From Mustelus asterias (lineage: Eukaryota), in assembly GCF_964213995.1 (NCBI RefSeq), contig NC_135804.1, forward strand, positions 95,542,001 to 95,606,000: a stretch of 64,000 nucleotides of DNA, read 5' to 3'. The notes beneath the pieces were generated by a model. The model saw only the letters and a list, made by a program, of their open reading frames with translations, did not search any database and had not been told where the DNA came from. Of this stretch, positions 11,916 to 23,798 are shown piece by piece. Every line of letters starts with the position of its first letter. Position 1 is the first letter of the stretch. The position numbers were made by a program, and so were the translations under genes.

Positions 11916-13780
11916 ACTGTATTACCATTACACCCTGTTACCTTACCAGGACCTTTCCATTTCTTAAAAATCTCTCTTTTCTAATCCACCATCGCTCCAG
12001 AATTAAAGTCTATCTAGGACAGTTTTATATGCCTCAGAACTCTTTGGATTTTTTCCAAGATCTCAACCCTGATGAAAGACCCTCTCCCTGTATCTCAAGT
12101 ATTCAATTGAGCAAAACAAATCACGGATGATCAGGCAGGAGGACAATCACCCAGCGCAGAAGAAAATTTGCAATTCTTCCCCGAGACAAATTGATACGGC
12201 CTATACCTTCCAATCATATAAAATGAATTATTTGCATGAACCGTGTCATACCATTGGAGTTGTCAACTTGAAGTTTGGCTGATCATCTGAGATTATATGC
12301 AGTATTTCATTTATCACCACACCATTCCTTTTGGAGTCATTTTCTGAAGGGACTTTCAGCCATGGTATTCATAATCACACAATGTTCATGTTCCTAAACT
12401 CATCATGAGCAATTCCCCCTCCATTATCAGTCAGAAACTTCATCAGTAGGCAAACATTTATTGTCCATACCCAGCCTTGAGATGGGCTAGCCTAGCCAGC
12501 AAAGCCTACATCCCTGGAATGAATAAAGTGCAGTTCCTATCTGTTTCTCCGTGGCTTTATCTACAATAACTCTTTTGTCCTTGCCATTAGTCTCCCAACA
12601 GTAATATATCTGGTCTCTGTGCACAAAGTGTAAAATGAAAATTGTCTTTGTCCCATACATTTAGATCCATTATAACTATCCCATGAAAAGTCACATGCTA
12701 ATGGAAGGCTTACAATAAGGCATGGGGGTGTCCTCTGATACCTTTTATGTAATTTACATTGTGCATTAATCTCTAACCCTTGTATTCTCAGCATCAACCA
12801 AGCTTTATTCTTTAGCAGGATTTTAAATCTTTGACAAGGGTTAGTGAATTATTTGTGTGGCTTTAGGGGATACAACAATGCTGATTGAGTAAACTGCACT
12901 CCACTGTCTTTCAGAAAACAAATGTTTGATCATGTTTTTTCATAGAAAGCTTACTTAACAGCACTAGAGATTCAATAAGTATGAATAAAGTGGTTTACTC
13001 CAGCTATCTTTCATGGAATCACCACGCTTTTTAGTGACAATGTGTTGTCATCCCCAAACCTAAAACAAGTAGAACTTTCATATTCCTTGTTCTTACATCA
13101 AACCTCATCACCGAATGATTCTGGATAACATTTTAACCAATGTGTTCTACATATGCTATTCAGGTGCAACCACTATATAAACACCATATAATTAAATGGA
13201 TCCGCAACTAATGCACTCATCGAACTAAAACTTGCGACTGGCACAATTCCTTCAGATCATGATCTCCTTCAGCCTCTGAATTCTGTGTCATGCATCACTT
13301 CAAGAACCTTAATGTTCAGTTTTGGACAGTTCATCACAGATATTTTGAGTGATACCTGAAGCACATATTACCTGTTCCCCGATCATTTCTGGGGTTTATT
13401 CACCTACTACCGCTCCATTCCTGTCATCTTCTCTGGTATCCACATCTATTAAAAATGCTTTCAAATTTGTACTGGCACCTGCATCCAATATCTGGATGAT
13501 CTCAAAGTGCCTCAATCCTTTGAGACAACATGCAATATCTTTTTTGTGCCCTTTTTTTGCTGCTGAAAAGGACTGTTTCCCCAGGAATATTTTCAAGGCA
13601 GCAGACATCTGCTCCAAAAGCTCCATCTGCTCTTTCCGAGAACTGAGGTCATAATGGTCAGGCTCGGGGAGGGAGAATCATATCCTGACAATTTACACTT
13701 GCTTCCAACCATTCTTCACAAAAGCTACTCATTGTAATCTGCCTTAAATTTTTAATTTCCGACCTTCACTTTCAGGCAAT

Positions 13781-13795
13781 CATTCTCTGCTACCA
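13781..13795 (-). promoter_or_regulatory. tRNA-iMet primer-binding site of the Copia relic
   Basis: Minus strand TGGTAGCAGAGAATG is 14/15 complementary to the initiator tRNA 3' end (..CATCCTCTGCTACCA) and directly follows the candidate LTR end TAACA. Confidence 0.8.
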
Positions 13796-13989
13796 TGTTA
13801 AACTTCTTATAGTCAGTTAATGAAGATCAGAAGTCAGTTCTTTTTGCAGTTTCAAATTTAGTCACAAAGTGAAACATTACAAATGTATTACTCCTAACTA
13901 TAACCCACCAGCAGTGTCTCGATGTGCACAGGTAATTATCCAATGAGTCCCCCCACTTGTAGACACAATTTTAATTTATACAATTAACA
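13796..13989 (-). repeat. Candidate 5' LTR of the Copia relic (194 bp)
   Basis: Bounded by perfect inverted termini TGTTAA...TTAACA and adjacent to the PBS. The distal boundary is inferred from the terminal repeat only; no partner LTR was found. Confidence 0.5.
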
Positions 13990-15340
13990 ATAGTTGCTTA
14001 ATTAAAATTAAAGAGAGATGAGGGATGTTTAATGAACAGGGCTAGTTAGTTTTGATTTTTAAAATGTGTAGGGTTGATATGGAAGCTGTTCTCTTACTAG
14101 TTAAAAATGGAAGCAACTCAGTTGGCAGCATAACACACACTCCTGCCAGAAGAGAAAAGGAAATGTGTAAGTACAAGCAGCTGCATAAGCACAAAAGTGA
14201 AAATAGAGGGGTACTATAAGCATTCGTAAAAGTGCAGTGTCTATACAGACAGAAGGCAGAGGAAAAATAAAAAGAGCATTGTGCCTTTAAATTGGTGGAA
14301 CAAGACTTAAGTAAAAAGACCAGTGAATAGAGTTCAGCTGATTTCTACCTTCATTATTTCTTAATTAAATATGAGCTGGTATCAAATTTTAAAGGAAGTA
14401 ATTGCTAGCCTATCAAAGACAGTTGAAACATGTAGATATATATAGATTTGTATGTTTTTGAACAGTAAGCTACTTTACAGCAAATTGACTTGCAAAATGC
14501 TGATAGTGCAGACATTTCCAAAGTCTGCAGCGCATATCCTGATTCACTCCAAATCCTGTTCATCCATTACAATTCTGAATATTGATCTACCCCCTACATT
14601 GGGTCCTGGTCAGGCAACGCCTCTATCTTAAAATTCTCATTGTTGCATGGAATCCCTGCATGCCTGAGCACATATTTCTATAATCTGTTCCACCCCTACA
14701 AACCTCTTAAGTCTCTAAGCTCCTCTAGTTCTGGTCTATTTTAATTGCTCCAGCATTGGTGTCCATGACTTCAGCTGTCCAGGCCCTAAGCTCTGAAATT
14801 CCTTCCCTGAAACTCTACACCACCCACTCCCCCTTAAAGGCACTCCCTAAAACCTATCACTTCCCAAGCTTTTGCTCAAATACCCTAATATTTCCCTATA
14901 TAGCTCAGTAAAACATTAAAGACACTATGTTCAAGATTGTTCTGAGGGATGCAAAGGATCCCAAAAAGCAAAAAATGCTGGAATTTCACAGCAGATCACT
15001 TGAGAAAACAGATTTTAGTAGAATCAGAAGAAATGTGAAAGGGAATGGAGAAATAAGAGATTGCTCAATGATTCAGATGATGAAAAAAAAAATCAGATTA
15101 TAAATATCTGATAACTACAAAATTATCAATAGCAAATCGGTTCACCATATTTTAAACCCAGGTAGCAATAGTTCGAGTTCAGTAAAAAAGGAGATAGTTG
15201 GCATATTATCTATTGCTATTGACGACCCAGTATTTTAAATAAATCCATTACATCGCCTCAACCATGCTTATTCTGCCACTTTCTGAAATATAGATCATGA
15301 CCGGACAGGCTTATTTTATCCATTAATCTTAAATATTGAG

Positions 15341-15346
15341 TTTATT
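15341..15346 (-). terminator. MCTS1: Candidate poly(A) signal of MCTS1
   Basis: AATAAA on the minus strand ~570 nt after the stop codon; an alternative ATTAAA lies at 15554-15559. Confidence 0.4.
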
Positions 15347-15917
15347 TTTCAACTATTTTTAATGTTACACTATCAAGTATCATGTCAGTAATATAACACA
15401 CCAGTTTGCTTGGAGTAAGGTTTTTCCCATACAGCATAAGAGAAATACCCAGATGAAGCCTAAAAATGTATCATAACCCTCCAATTGTGATATGTAAAAG
15501 TATGATCTCCAAGTTCTATAAAAAGATAAACCTTGTATAATCTTGGGTATTAATTTAATGAACATATTTGAAATTAACTATGCAACCATGTTTGTACAAA
15601 CCCACTATACAAGCTAAAGACATCTACATTGTGATATTTGATTTTAAGTCAAGTTGTTGCCAATTTCTTTCTGCCGCATACCTTGATGTGATTACAAGTC
15701 CTTTTGTAAGTTGGACAAGTTTAAATAGGTTAAAATAAATCCAGGACAGACGGAACACAAAATTGTTTTCTTCCCCCACCTTGAAGTGTTGGGTTTACAC
15801 AAAGCAAAATTAAAAAAATACAACTCTTAAAATCCAACACTGCCAATGTTTCCATGTCTTGCAGCTGGGTCTGTCCATGTTCTCTTTCTAGCAGATATCT
15901 CATTGCTGGTATTTGTG

Positions 15918-15999
15918 TTATTTGTATGTCTTCATGTGCCAAAGGCCATCATTTAAGTAATGCATGTTCTCAATTCCAATACCTTTGTTGACTTGCTCG
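15918..15999 (-). CDS. MCTS1: MCTS1 coding exon 6 (last)
   Basis: ccacag|C GAG CAA GTC AAC AAA... = (I)[26 protein letters not shown]. 82 bp; brings the CDS total to 546 nt (181 aa). Confidence 0.96.
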
Positions 16000-16619
16000 C
16001 TGTGGACAAAGTAAAATCAAAATGGATTTGACCATTTGTATATGAACAAAATTTCTTTCATCTATTTTAAAATATAATTTTGAGCAGGGGTTGTTTTCAA
16101 TTCAACCAGCGGAATCCATAATGATACTGCCACAACTAATACCAAAAATCAGCTTCAAAGACATTTTCAGTAATGCATTTACAAATCGTCTAAAGTTAGC
16201 TAGTAGTTTAAACTGAAGGGCAAGTGTACCAAAATTCTGAAAACTAATGTTTGCTCCATTAATGAGTAACCCTTGGGATGTCAACATTTATAAAAATCCC
16301 TGCATTTATACGCATTTTATTAAATCAAAAGATGTTACACACAACTAATTACTTTTCAAGGGCAGCAGCTCAGGTAAGCAAAAAAATAGTTTTAATCAAT
16401 CTGTCCTATAACTACTGACAGTTCAGCTGATGGTCTTTCAGGGCAGATAAGCTAAACCAACATTACTGCTGGTAGCACTCTGCGGCATGTCCCTCCAAAG
16501 GAATGAGAAATCATTACAGTTTGTTTCTCAGTGTTGATGGAAACCAGTACCAAACACTATCAGCAGTCAATTGATATGTGGAAACAAAATAAGATTAGGT
16601 CAGAAGTTGGAAATTCTGC

Positions 16620-17185
16620 AATGAGTAACTCACCTCCTGACTCCCCAAACCCTGTGCACTATCCACAGGACACAAATCAGGAGTGTGATGAAATATTCTC
16701 CACTTGTCTGAATCAGTGCAGCTCCAACGAGATAAAAGTTCAACACGATCTAAGATAAAGCAGCCCATTTTTTTGACACTCCATCCACTTTAAATGTTCA
16801 CTCCCTCCACTACGACATACAGTGGCTGCAGTGTGTACCATCCACAAAATGCATTGCAGCAACTCACCAAGGGTCTTTCAAAAGCACTTCCCAAATCTGT
16901 GACCTCTACACCACCAAAAAGGACAAGGGCAGCAGATGCATGGAAATACAACCCTCTGCAAGTTCCCCTGCAAGCCACTTACCATCGTGACTTGGAATTA
17001 TACTGCTGCTCCTTAATGGTCACTGGGTCAAAATACTGGAACTGCATTCCCAACAGCACTGTAGGTGTACCTACACCACCTGGGCTGTAGTGGTTCAAGA
17101 AGGAGGCTCACCACCACCACCATCTGAAGGCCAATTAGGGATGGACAGTATATACTCTGAGACAATGACACTCGCATCCCATCAT
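16620..17185 (+). mobile_element. Non-LTR retrotransposon 3' end (same family as 2975-3470)
   Basis: GSKYWNCIPNSTVGVPTPPGL and the tail GGCTCACCACCACC..GGCCAATTAGGGATGG. Confidence 0.65.
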
Positions 17186-17430
17186 AACTCTTGTTTCGTT
17201 TTGTCAGCTCAACTTCTACTCTGAATAAACAGCCATCCTTCCTGGTTGAATAATCAAGTAGAATAGAAAACTTAGAAATTTTGAAAAGTCAGCACAGTTC
17301 AAAGTTTAAATTCACTCAAGAATGAAATGATCCTGTATGTTTTGAACTATGGACCAAAGGATTGAATAAAAGTGTGTAAAAAGGGGCACAGGTATAAACG
17401 CAGAGATCTCGTCTCTATTGCAACAGCATA

Positions 17431-17846
17431 GGCTGGATTTTAACTTACCCAATCCACAGGCCCAGAAGTCAGGAAGGCATACTATGGAGTTTTAACTTGA
17501 CGTCCAATTGGACAGGGAACAATTCGATCGAGGATGCACTGTCAGTTAAGTAAGGGTGAGGTGTTCATTCACCTCCTGCAGCTCTAACAGTCCTCCCCTA
17601 GATTTAGTTGCGAGGTTTTCCAAGGCTCAAGGAACATGACCACGGTAAAATTTCAAATGAGGAATAACAATGAGGCATGCAACCTCATTATAAAAACTGA
17701 AAGACCAATCACCTCTCTAGAATGGATTGGTTGTTTGTCTGCCTGATCCCCACCTACTGCTAAGACTGGAAGGAGGAAGGTTGGAGAGGAGCTTGGATCA
17801 GGATTTGTTTTCACCTCCTCCCTGACCTGGAGGTTAAAATGGCCCC
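17431..17846. mobile_element. Putative MITE / non-autonomous DNA transposon
   Basis: Imperfect terminal inverted repeats GGCTGGATTTTAAC ... GTTAAAATGGCCCC; non-coding interior; no TSD established. Confidence 0.35.
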
Positions 17847-18094
17847 AGTTGCTCAATTCTCACCTCAGAACACTCTTCACAGCGTACCACATCAACATCT
17901 TACAGTTATGTGAGATTGTCATGTATGTGTAATTGAGGACACTTTTGTTTACGGGTCCATACCTACTAGGAACTGGATTGAGACTTTCAAACTCAATCTT
18001 GCTATCTTCCCAATCAGCTATAGTTGGATGAAAGGTCACTGCATGATTCAATTCTCCTTAAAACAATAAAACACCAAAGTTAATAAATATTTAC

Positions 18095-18162
18095 ATTTTA
18101 TCTGCTGGCATCTTCATAACTCCCACCGAGAGGGCATGTTGCTTGCCTTCTGCCATTATAGC
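18095..18162 (-). CDS. MCTS1: MCTS1 coding exon 5
   Basis: ttaag|GCT ATA ATG GCA GAA GGC... = AIMAEGKQHALSVGVMKMPADK(I)|gtaaat; 68 bp. Confidence 0.96.
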
Positions 18163-19500
18163 CTTAAGAATATTCAGTTAAGGAAGATACCAAAAAGCAA
18201 AGTACATGCATACAGACAATCACCAGTGGTAATAAATACTGGCCTAGCCAGTGACATGATACCAATATCCCATGAATGAAATAAAAAAATGATCTTCTCA
18301 AATTAAAAAAAAGAGAATGTTTGACAAAGGTTGTATGAAGTCCATTTTTCAATATTTCTCTTTTACTCTAGTCTAAATAAGGGCATGAATTTACTCAAGA
18401 ATTAAATACTGTAAAAGAACTCTCCCAATGGATTAATTCGTAAACTATGGGGAACACGTGTCCTGTGAGGTAGGACAGGAAAGAAAAACAATGAAAGGAG
18501 AATGTAGCTATGTTTCAGCAAGCATCAGTGATGAAGACAAGAAGCATCAACTCTCTGAAGTAATTACACTCCTCCCCCTCCCACCCCACCATCAGTGGTG
18601 GGTCTGAATTTAGAATGAGAAAAGTTGACAGGAGATGCACGCAGTGATAAGAATTTTTAATGTTGACTTTGTGCATTAAGCAATATTTCTTGTTCTTTTC
18701 AGTAGTAAAATACAATTCGCACATTTGGGATTTTAAAAAGGCGATTTATGATCATAGAATCAAATCTATGATTCTATAATCTAAAAAAGCTATTTATGAA
18801 TTTCCTGGATTATGAAATGAAAAGAGTCCTGTATCAATGTTGCTTTGCCGAATTTACATTTTTTTTGATGCATTAATAAAGTTTATTAGATCTCAGTCAG
18901 GGCAACAGTTACACTATGACAACTGACTTCAGTACATCTGGGATAGTGAGAGAAAGAACAACTAGATTTCATTCTTCCAATTGCTTTGAGTGAACATGCT
19001 GCAAAATGCATGAATCAATATCAGGTGAGGATAGAAAGTGGCTGCACTATTTTAACTCACAACTTCAGTAGCAAGCCAACACTCACTATCAAAGTTGATA
19101 TATAAATAACATTCACATAGGTAAAATAGTGGAAGGCTGAAAATGCCCCTGCAAAAGTCAATGGATTCAGGGGGCGGTGTTTGAAATAGAAAGGAACAAA
19201 ATCGAAACCTGTCAATGTGTCAAAGATCTTGCTCAATCGTTAGTCAACCACAAGAAACCTACATCATACCCTACGGTAAGTATTTCACCCCAAGTATTAC
19301 CCCATATATCATCACTTCTTCAAAGACTAATATCTTATCACGTTAAATTGCAATTGCTATGAAGATGAGATAATAAAACAATTCAATGGGCAACACACTT
19401 ACCCGGAAGAATCAGCCTTCCTGTTAATAAATACTCTTTATTTTATGAAAAATGACCCATTTTTGGTTTCTGGTAAATAAATGAGTCACATCAAGGATAC
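18163..19500 (-). other. MCTS1: U12-type (minor spliceosome) GT-AG intron 4 of MCTS1
   Basis: 5' splice site GTATCCTT (19500-19493); branch site TTCCTTAAC (18185-18177) 12 nt before the AG; no strong polypyrimidine tract. Confidence 0.92.
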
Positions 19501-19634
19501 AACTATAGTGTCAGTGTCTGCTGGGTGAAGCTTAGCTCCAGGGGAAGTTAGACCAGGACACATGATATTGGCCCCACTGAGCACAAACTTGATGGCCCCT
19601 TTATCAACCTGTTGATGTGGCAAGATAGTAGGAT
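19501..19634 (-). CDS. MCTS1: MCTS1 coding exon 4 (PUA domain)
   Basis: tcacag|AT CCT ACT ATC... = (Y)[44 protein letters not shown]|gtatcc; 134 bp. Confidence 0.97.
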
Positions 19635-22600
19635 CTGTGATGAAGAATTGGAGATCGATAACATTATACTTACACAAAACATTTCAAAATTAAACATCTT
19701 CATTACAGCCCAATTACTGTTAGTCACAAAATACATACCTCAAGACATGTTTGCACATAAATTATTAATAATAATCCAGGCTAATCTACCATAAATTCTT
19801 TCCAAAGGAACTTGGCAAATAAAACTTCTGTCGTCAATTTAAGATGGTTCTTTTCAATTTTTGTCTGTTCCTCTCCTGAGGCTTTGACTCTGCTCTGATC
19901 TTGTCCACTGGCCATTTTTCATGCGTTTGGAATGTCCCTGGACTGTCAGGGGTAGCATCAGAGCTCAGTCTTATGCATATCCAAGATGCACTTGTATGGC
20001 TGACCAGGGTTGTGGGGTGGAAATCATGAGTAGGAACCTTGAATGTAGCAATCAGCAGTAGTAACCTTGAATGTACAACATAGAGAGTTTTTTTTTTTAA
20101 GGTGTCTGGCTGTTTGTCAGACAGATCAACTTGTACCACTGGCCAAAAATTGAGAACCATTTAGTGCTACACAAAGCTGTGTCATGTATTAGGCAAAGTT
20201 ACAATCAATTCAAAGTTTATTTAAATTGTGTCAGCTTGTGTTAGAGTGGTAGCACTCTAACCTGTGTCCAAAGGTTGTGTGTTTAAGCCACAAATCAGAA
20301 AAACATTTTTTTCTATCTGCTCAAATTATACAAAAAGATGGCATGATTAAGTCTGGCAGGATATTAGGCTTTTCATCAGATCGTACTATTCCCATTGACA
20401 TGCAGGGAAGAAAAATTTACAGGGCCAATTAAACAAGGGTCAAAGGGCTGGAGTTGAACATGCCATGCCTTATCTTGAGCCAGGATTCCCCACCTGTCCT
20501 TTAACGGTATAAGCCCCCAATAATGAGAATCCCTATTCTCCAGCCCATACGAGACTGGCCATATATCTGGGGGATGGTATGTTCAGCAAAATGGGGTGCA
20601 CCAACCTCTAAAAGTGGAGGAATCCTGAGCCCAGAAATCAGTGAAATTACTCTAAATTTTATATGTTGTTATTTAAAATACAACTTTTCTTCCAACAGGA
20701 ATCAGTTTTGCCAGCATCTTGTAATACTCGGTAGCTGATCAGTATTTGAAGGAAAACAATTTTAATTTCCCCATTCTTTTTAACAAATGACAGTGCCATA
20801 GCTTTTGTGCTTTCCACTGTTCAATAAATGTTGGTAACCGCTAAATTACTTTCAGACCAGAGTTGCTAAATGGGTGCCAATAAATCACAGCTTTAATAAA
20901 TTTAGGACTGACAGACATGCCAATATTTTTACAGCTTGTTTTAAACTTAACCAGGAATACAAATGACCATAAGATATTAATTATGATTTGTATATACTGT
21001 GATTAAACGACAAGTACTAATCGGAGAGCAAAACATGTCAAGTGTGATACACAGATAGCAGATCCATTACACTGCCAACGGTGCTTTGCCGTCTGCGAAG
21101 CAATAAAGAAACTCCATGCACATGTGCAAGCATGTATGAGCAGGAGTGATTTTTTGCCCCATTAAACTGTATCACGAGTGGGGAGGTTTGGTAGGAAGAG
21201 GAAAATTTAAAATATGTTGCTAAAAATCTAATACCGTTTGTACTTATGTTTAACATTTTAACTGCGAGTATTTTTTCACTTGCAAGTCTCATCCAGGGCC
21301 CCAAGTAGGAGGATAGAAGAAGCTATGTACTGGCAGCAACTGAAAAAGTTAATTAATGAAGGAAACTAGTGGGAACTGGTCTCTACTCTTCCTGGACTCA
21401 GCTCATCCTTCTGGTCAGAACATACAAATTCAGACACTGCGCAAACAGCACTGAGTGCAGCTTTGGGCAGGGTGTGGGGGTTTGGGGAGAAGAGGGAGTT
21501 CAATGAGGGCAGAATTCCTTTGCTTTTCTAACTTTTTCATGCTGCGGGAATTAGTTTCTGCTGTCTTACAGGGGAAAAGTGGTGAGCTGTTGGTGGGCAT
21601 CGGGTGAATATCTGGCAAGTGGTCAAAGTCTATTTTCCAAAAGTTTAAATTTGTCCTGTAGTTTGTGAACAGGACAAATTTAAACTTTTAAAAGTTTAAT
21701 GTGGGGACTCATGGATACTGGTGTTATCCAGGGCAAACACATCTGCACTAAGTGCCTGCGGTCTGAGGAGTTTCAGCTCAGAGTCATTGACGCTGTGGAC
21801 AGCGTGACACATCAGAGAAGGAGGGTTATCGGGACGCTTTGTTTCAAAAGGCAGTCACATCCCTTGGGATATAATCTTCCATCTTGGAAAGTGGTCACCC
21901 TTGGAAAGGGTGTGACTGCAGCTGAGGCAGGTAAGAGGATCCAGAGGGTAGGAGTGTCAGCCACTCAATTGGTCAAAAAATTTGAGGTTCTTTCAGCTTG
22001 TTTGGATGACTGTGGGGCTGCAGAGTGATGAGTCATGTTACTGTGGTACAGAAAGCCATTCAAGTGGGGCTAGAACACAAGAAGGTAGCGCTCATAGGGG
22101 AAAGTATGAGGAGGATAGACACTCTTCTCCATAATAAGGAGAGAGAGTCCAGACGGTGGTGCTGCGACTCAGTGCCAGGATTCAGGACTGGGCTGGAGGG
22201 GAATTTGCAGTGGTGGGGGAGGATCCTGTTGTTGTGGTCCATGTAGGTATCAATGACATAGGTAGAACGAAACAGAAGGTTCTGCATAGAGAGACATTAA
22301 ATTAAACAACAGAACCTTCAAGTCTGATTATTACCTGAGCCGTGTGCAAATTGCCATAAAATTAGAGAAATTAATACATGGCTGAAAGACTCTTGTAGAA
22401 GTGGGTTTCGATTCTTGGGGCACTGGCATCAGCACTGGGGAAGGTGGGGTCTGTATCATTGGGACTGCCTGCATCTGAACCATGCTGGTTCTTGCAAACT
22501 GCATAATTAGGGAAGTAGAAAGGGCTTTAAAATAAATTGAAGGGGGATGGTTCTGGAAAGGGAATATGTAGGCTAACAAAGCAAAAGGATATGGCAGCTT

Positions 22601-23129
22601 TACAAGACAGGAAGGGACAGAGTGTACAAACAAAAAAGCCAAAAATAGGATCAGAAAGGTACAAAAATGGCAACAAGGCAAAATTAATGGTTCTACTTAA
22701 ATGCACGTAGTATTCGGCACAAAATAAACAAATCAACGGCACAAATTGAGGTTAATGGGTATGATCTTTTAGCCAGATGGCCTACTCCTGCTCCTAGTTC
22801 TTATTATAGAAATGTGGTTACAAGGAGATCAAAACTGGGAACTAAATATTCAGGGATGTGTGACTTTTCAAGAGGACTGGCAAGGAGGAAAGGGTGGTGG
22901 GATAGTTTTGTTAATATGAGATGGAATAAGTACGATACTGAACAATGATCTTGGATTGGAGGTAGAATCCATATAGGTGAAGGTAAGACGTTTGTAAAAA
23001 TAGTCCATGACTCACAACGAAGGCATACCCCAGTGAGGAAGGAGGATTCTAGGAATGGGATAAATCAACCAAGGAAGTTAAGGATAGTATTAAATTGAAA
23101 GAAAAAACATACAGGGTGGAATTCTCCCA

Positions 23130-23404
23130 GGGCAGCACGGTGGCACAGTGGTTAGCACTGCTGCCTCACAGCACCAGGGATCTGGGTTCGATTTCCGGCT
23201 TGGGTCATTCTCCCCGTGTCTGCATGGGTTTCCTCCGGGTGTTCTGGTTTCCTCCCATGGATTGGCCATGCTAAATTGCCCCTTAATGTCAAGGGGCCTA
23301 GCAGGGTAAATATGTGGGGTTACAGGGTTAGGGTGGGATTGTGGTTGGTGCAGGCTCAATGGGCAGAATGGCCTCCTTCTGCACTGCAGGGATTCTATGA
23401 TTCT
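23130..23404 (+). mobile_element. HE1/V-SINE-type tRNA-derived SINE
   Basis: GGCAGCACGGTGGCACAGTGGTTAGCACTGCTGCCTCACAG head, GGTTCGATT B box, V-domain GGGTTTCCTCCGGG and a (GATTCTAT)n tail. Confidence 0.85.
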
Positions 23405-23700
23405 TCTTTTAAAAAATTCTAAGTGCCGAATTTGCATGAAAACGGGAGTAATTCACACTGCTTTTTTCAGTGGGAGTTCAGAGAAGAATCTCCCACGCTC
23501 TGTGCACTGCAGAGGCCACTAGCGTGGATATCATTAAATTTCAGGGGACGGGGCCTATTCCCACTGCCGAGGCGGAAATCAGCGTGCTGAGCGAGCCCAC
23601 TGTGCATGCGCCGATCTGCAAGTGACGAGATTGGCACATACACAGTGGCCCTGCACTGATGGTCTCCCGATTGCTGGCTATTCCATGACCCCCGCCATGC

Positions 23701-23798
23701 CGGTTCTGTCCTGACCGCCCCCCCCCCACCCCGGTTCTGTCCTGTCCACCCACCCCCCCCCCCCCTCGGTTCTGTCCTGTCCACAACCCCCCCCCCCC
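23701..23798 (+). repeat. Tandem repeat, 3 x CGGTTCTGTCCTG + poly-C
   Basis: Three directly visible units of ~31-36 bp. Confidence 0.8.

Larger units (their letters stand above)
11916..13989 (-). mobile_element. Decayed Ty1/Copia LTR retrotransposon, GalEa-like (LTR-PBS-gag-protease-integrase; RT not seen)
   Basis: Broken minus-strand frames in Copia order: gag LLEQMSAALKIFLG, eroded zinc knuckle, protease WLKCYPESF..EYESSTCFRFGD..KSVVIP*KIAG, integrase KRYQRTPPCLIVSLPLACDF, KFLTDNGG, PYQFVSGKN..DCPPA, EKIQRVLRH..KREIFKKWKGPGKV. Confidence 0.75.

Noticed and set aside
12069-12080. CTGATGAAAG as another hammerhead
   Set aside because: No stem II or downstream GAAA box; it is the antisense of Copia integrase-region codons.
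23701-23798. Repeat-spacer pattern resembling a CRISPR array
   Set aside because: Vertebrate DNA, poly-C spacers, no cas genes; an ordinary minisatellite.
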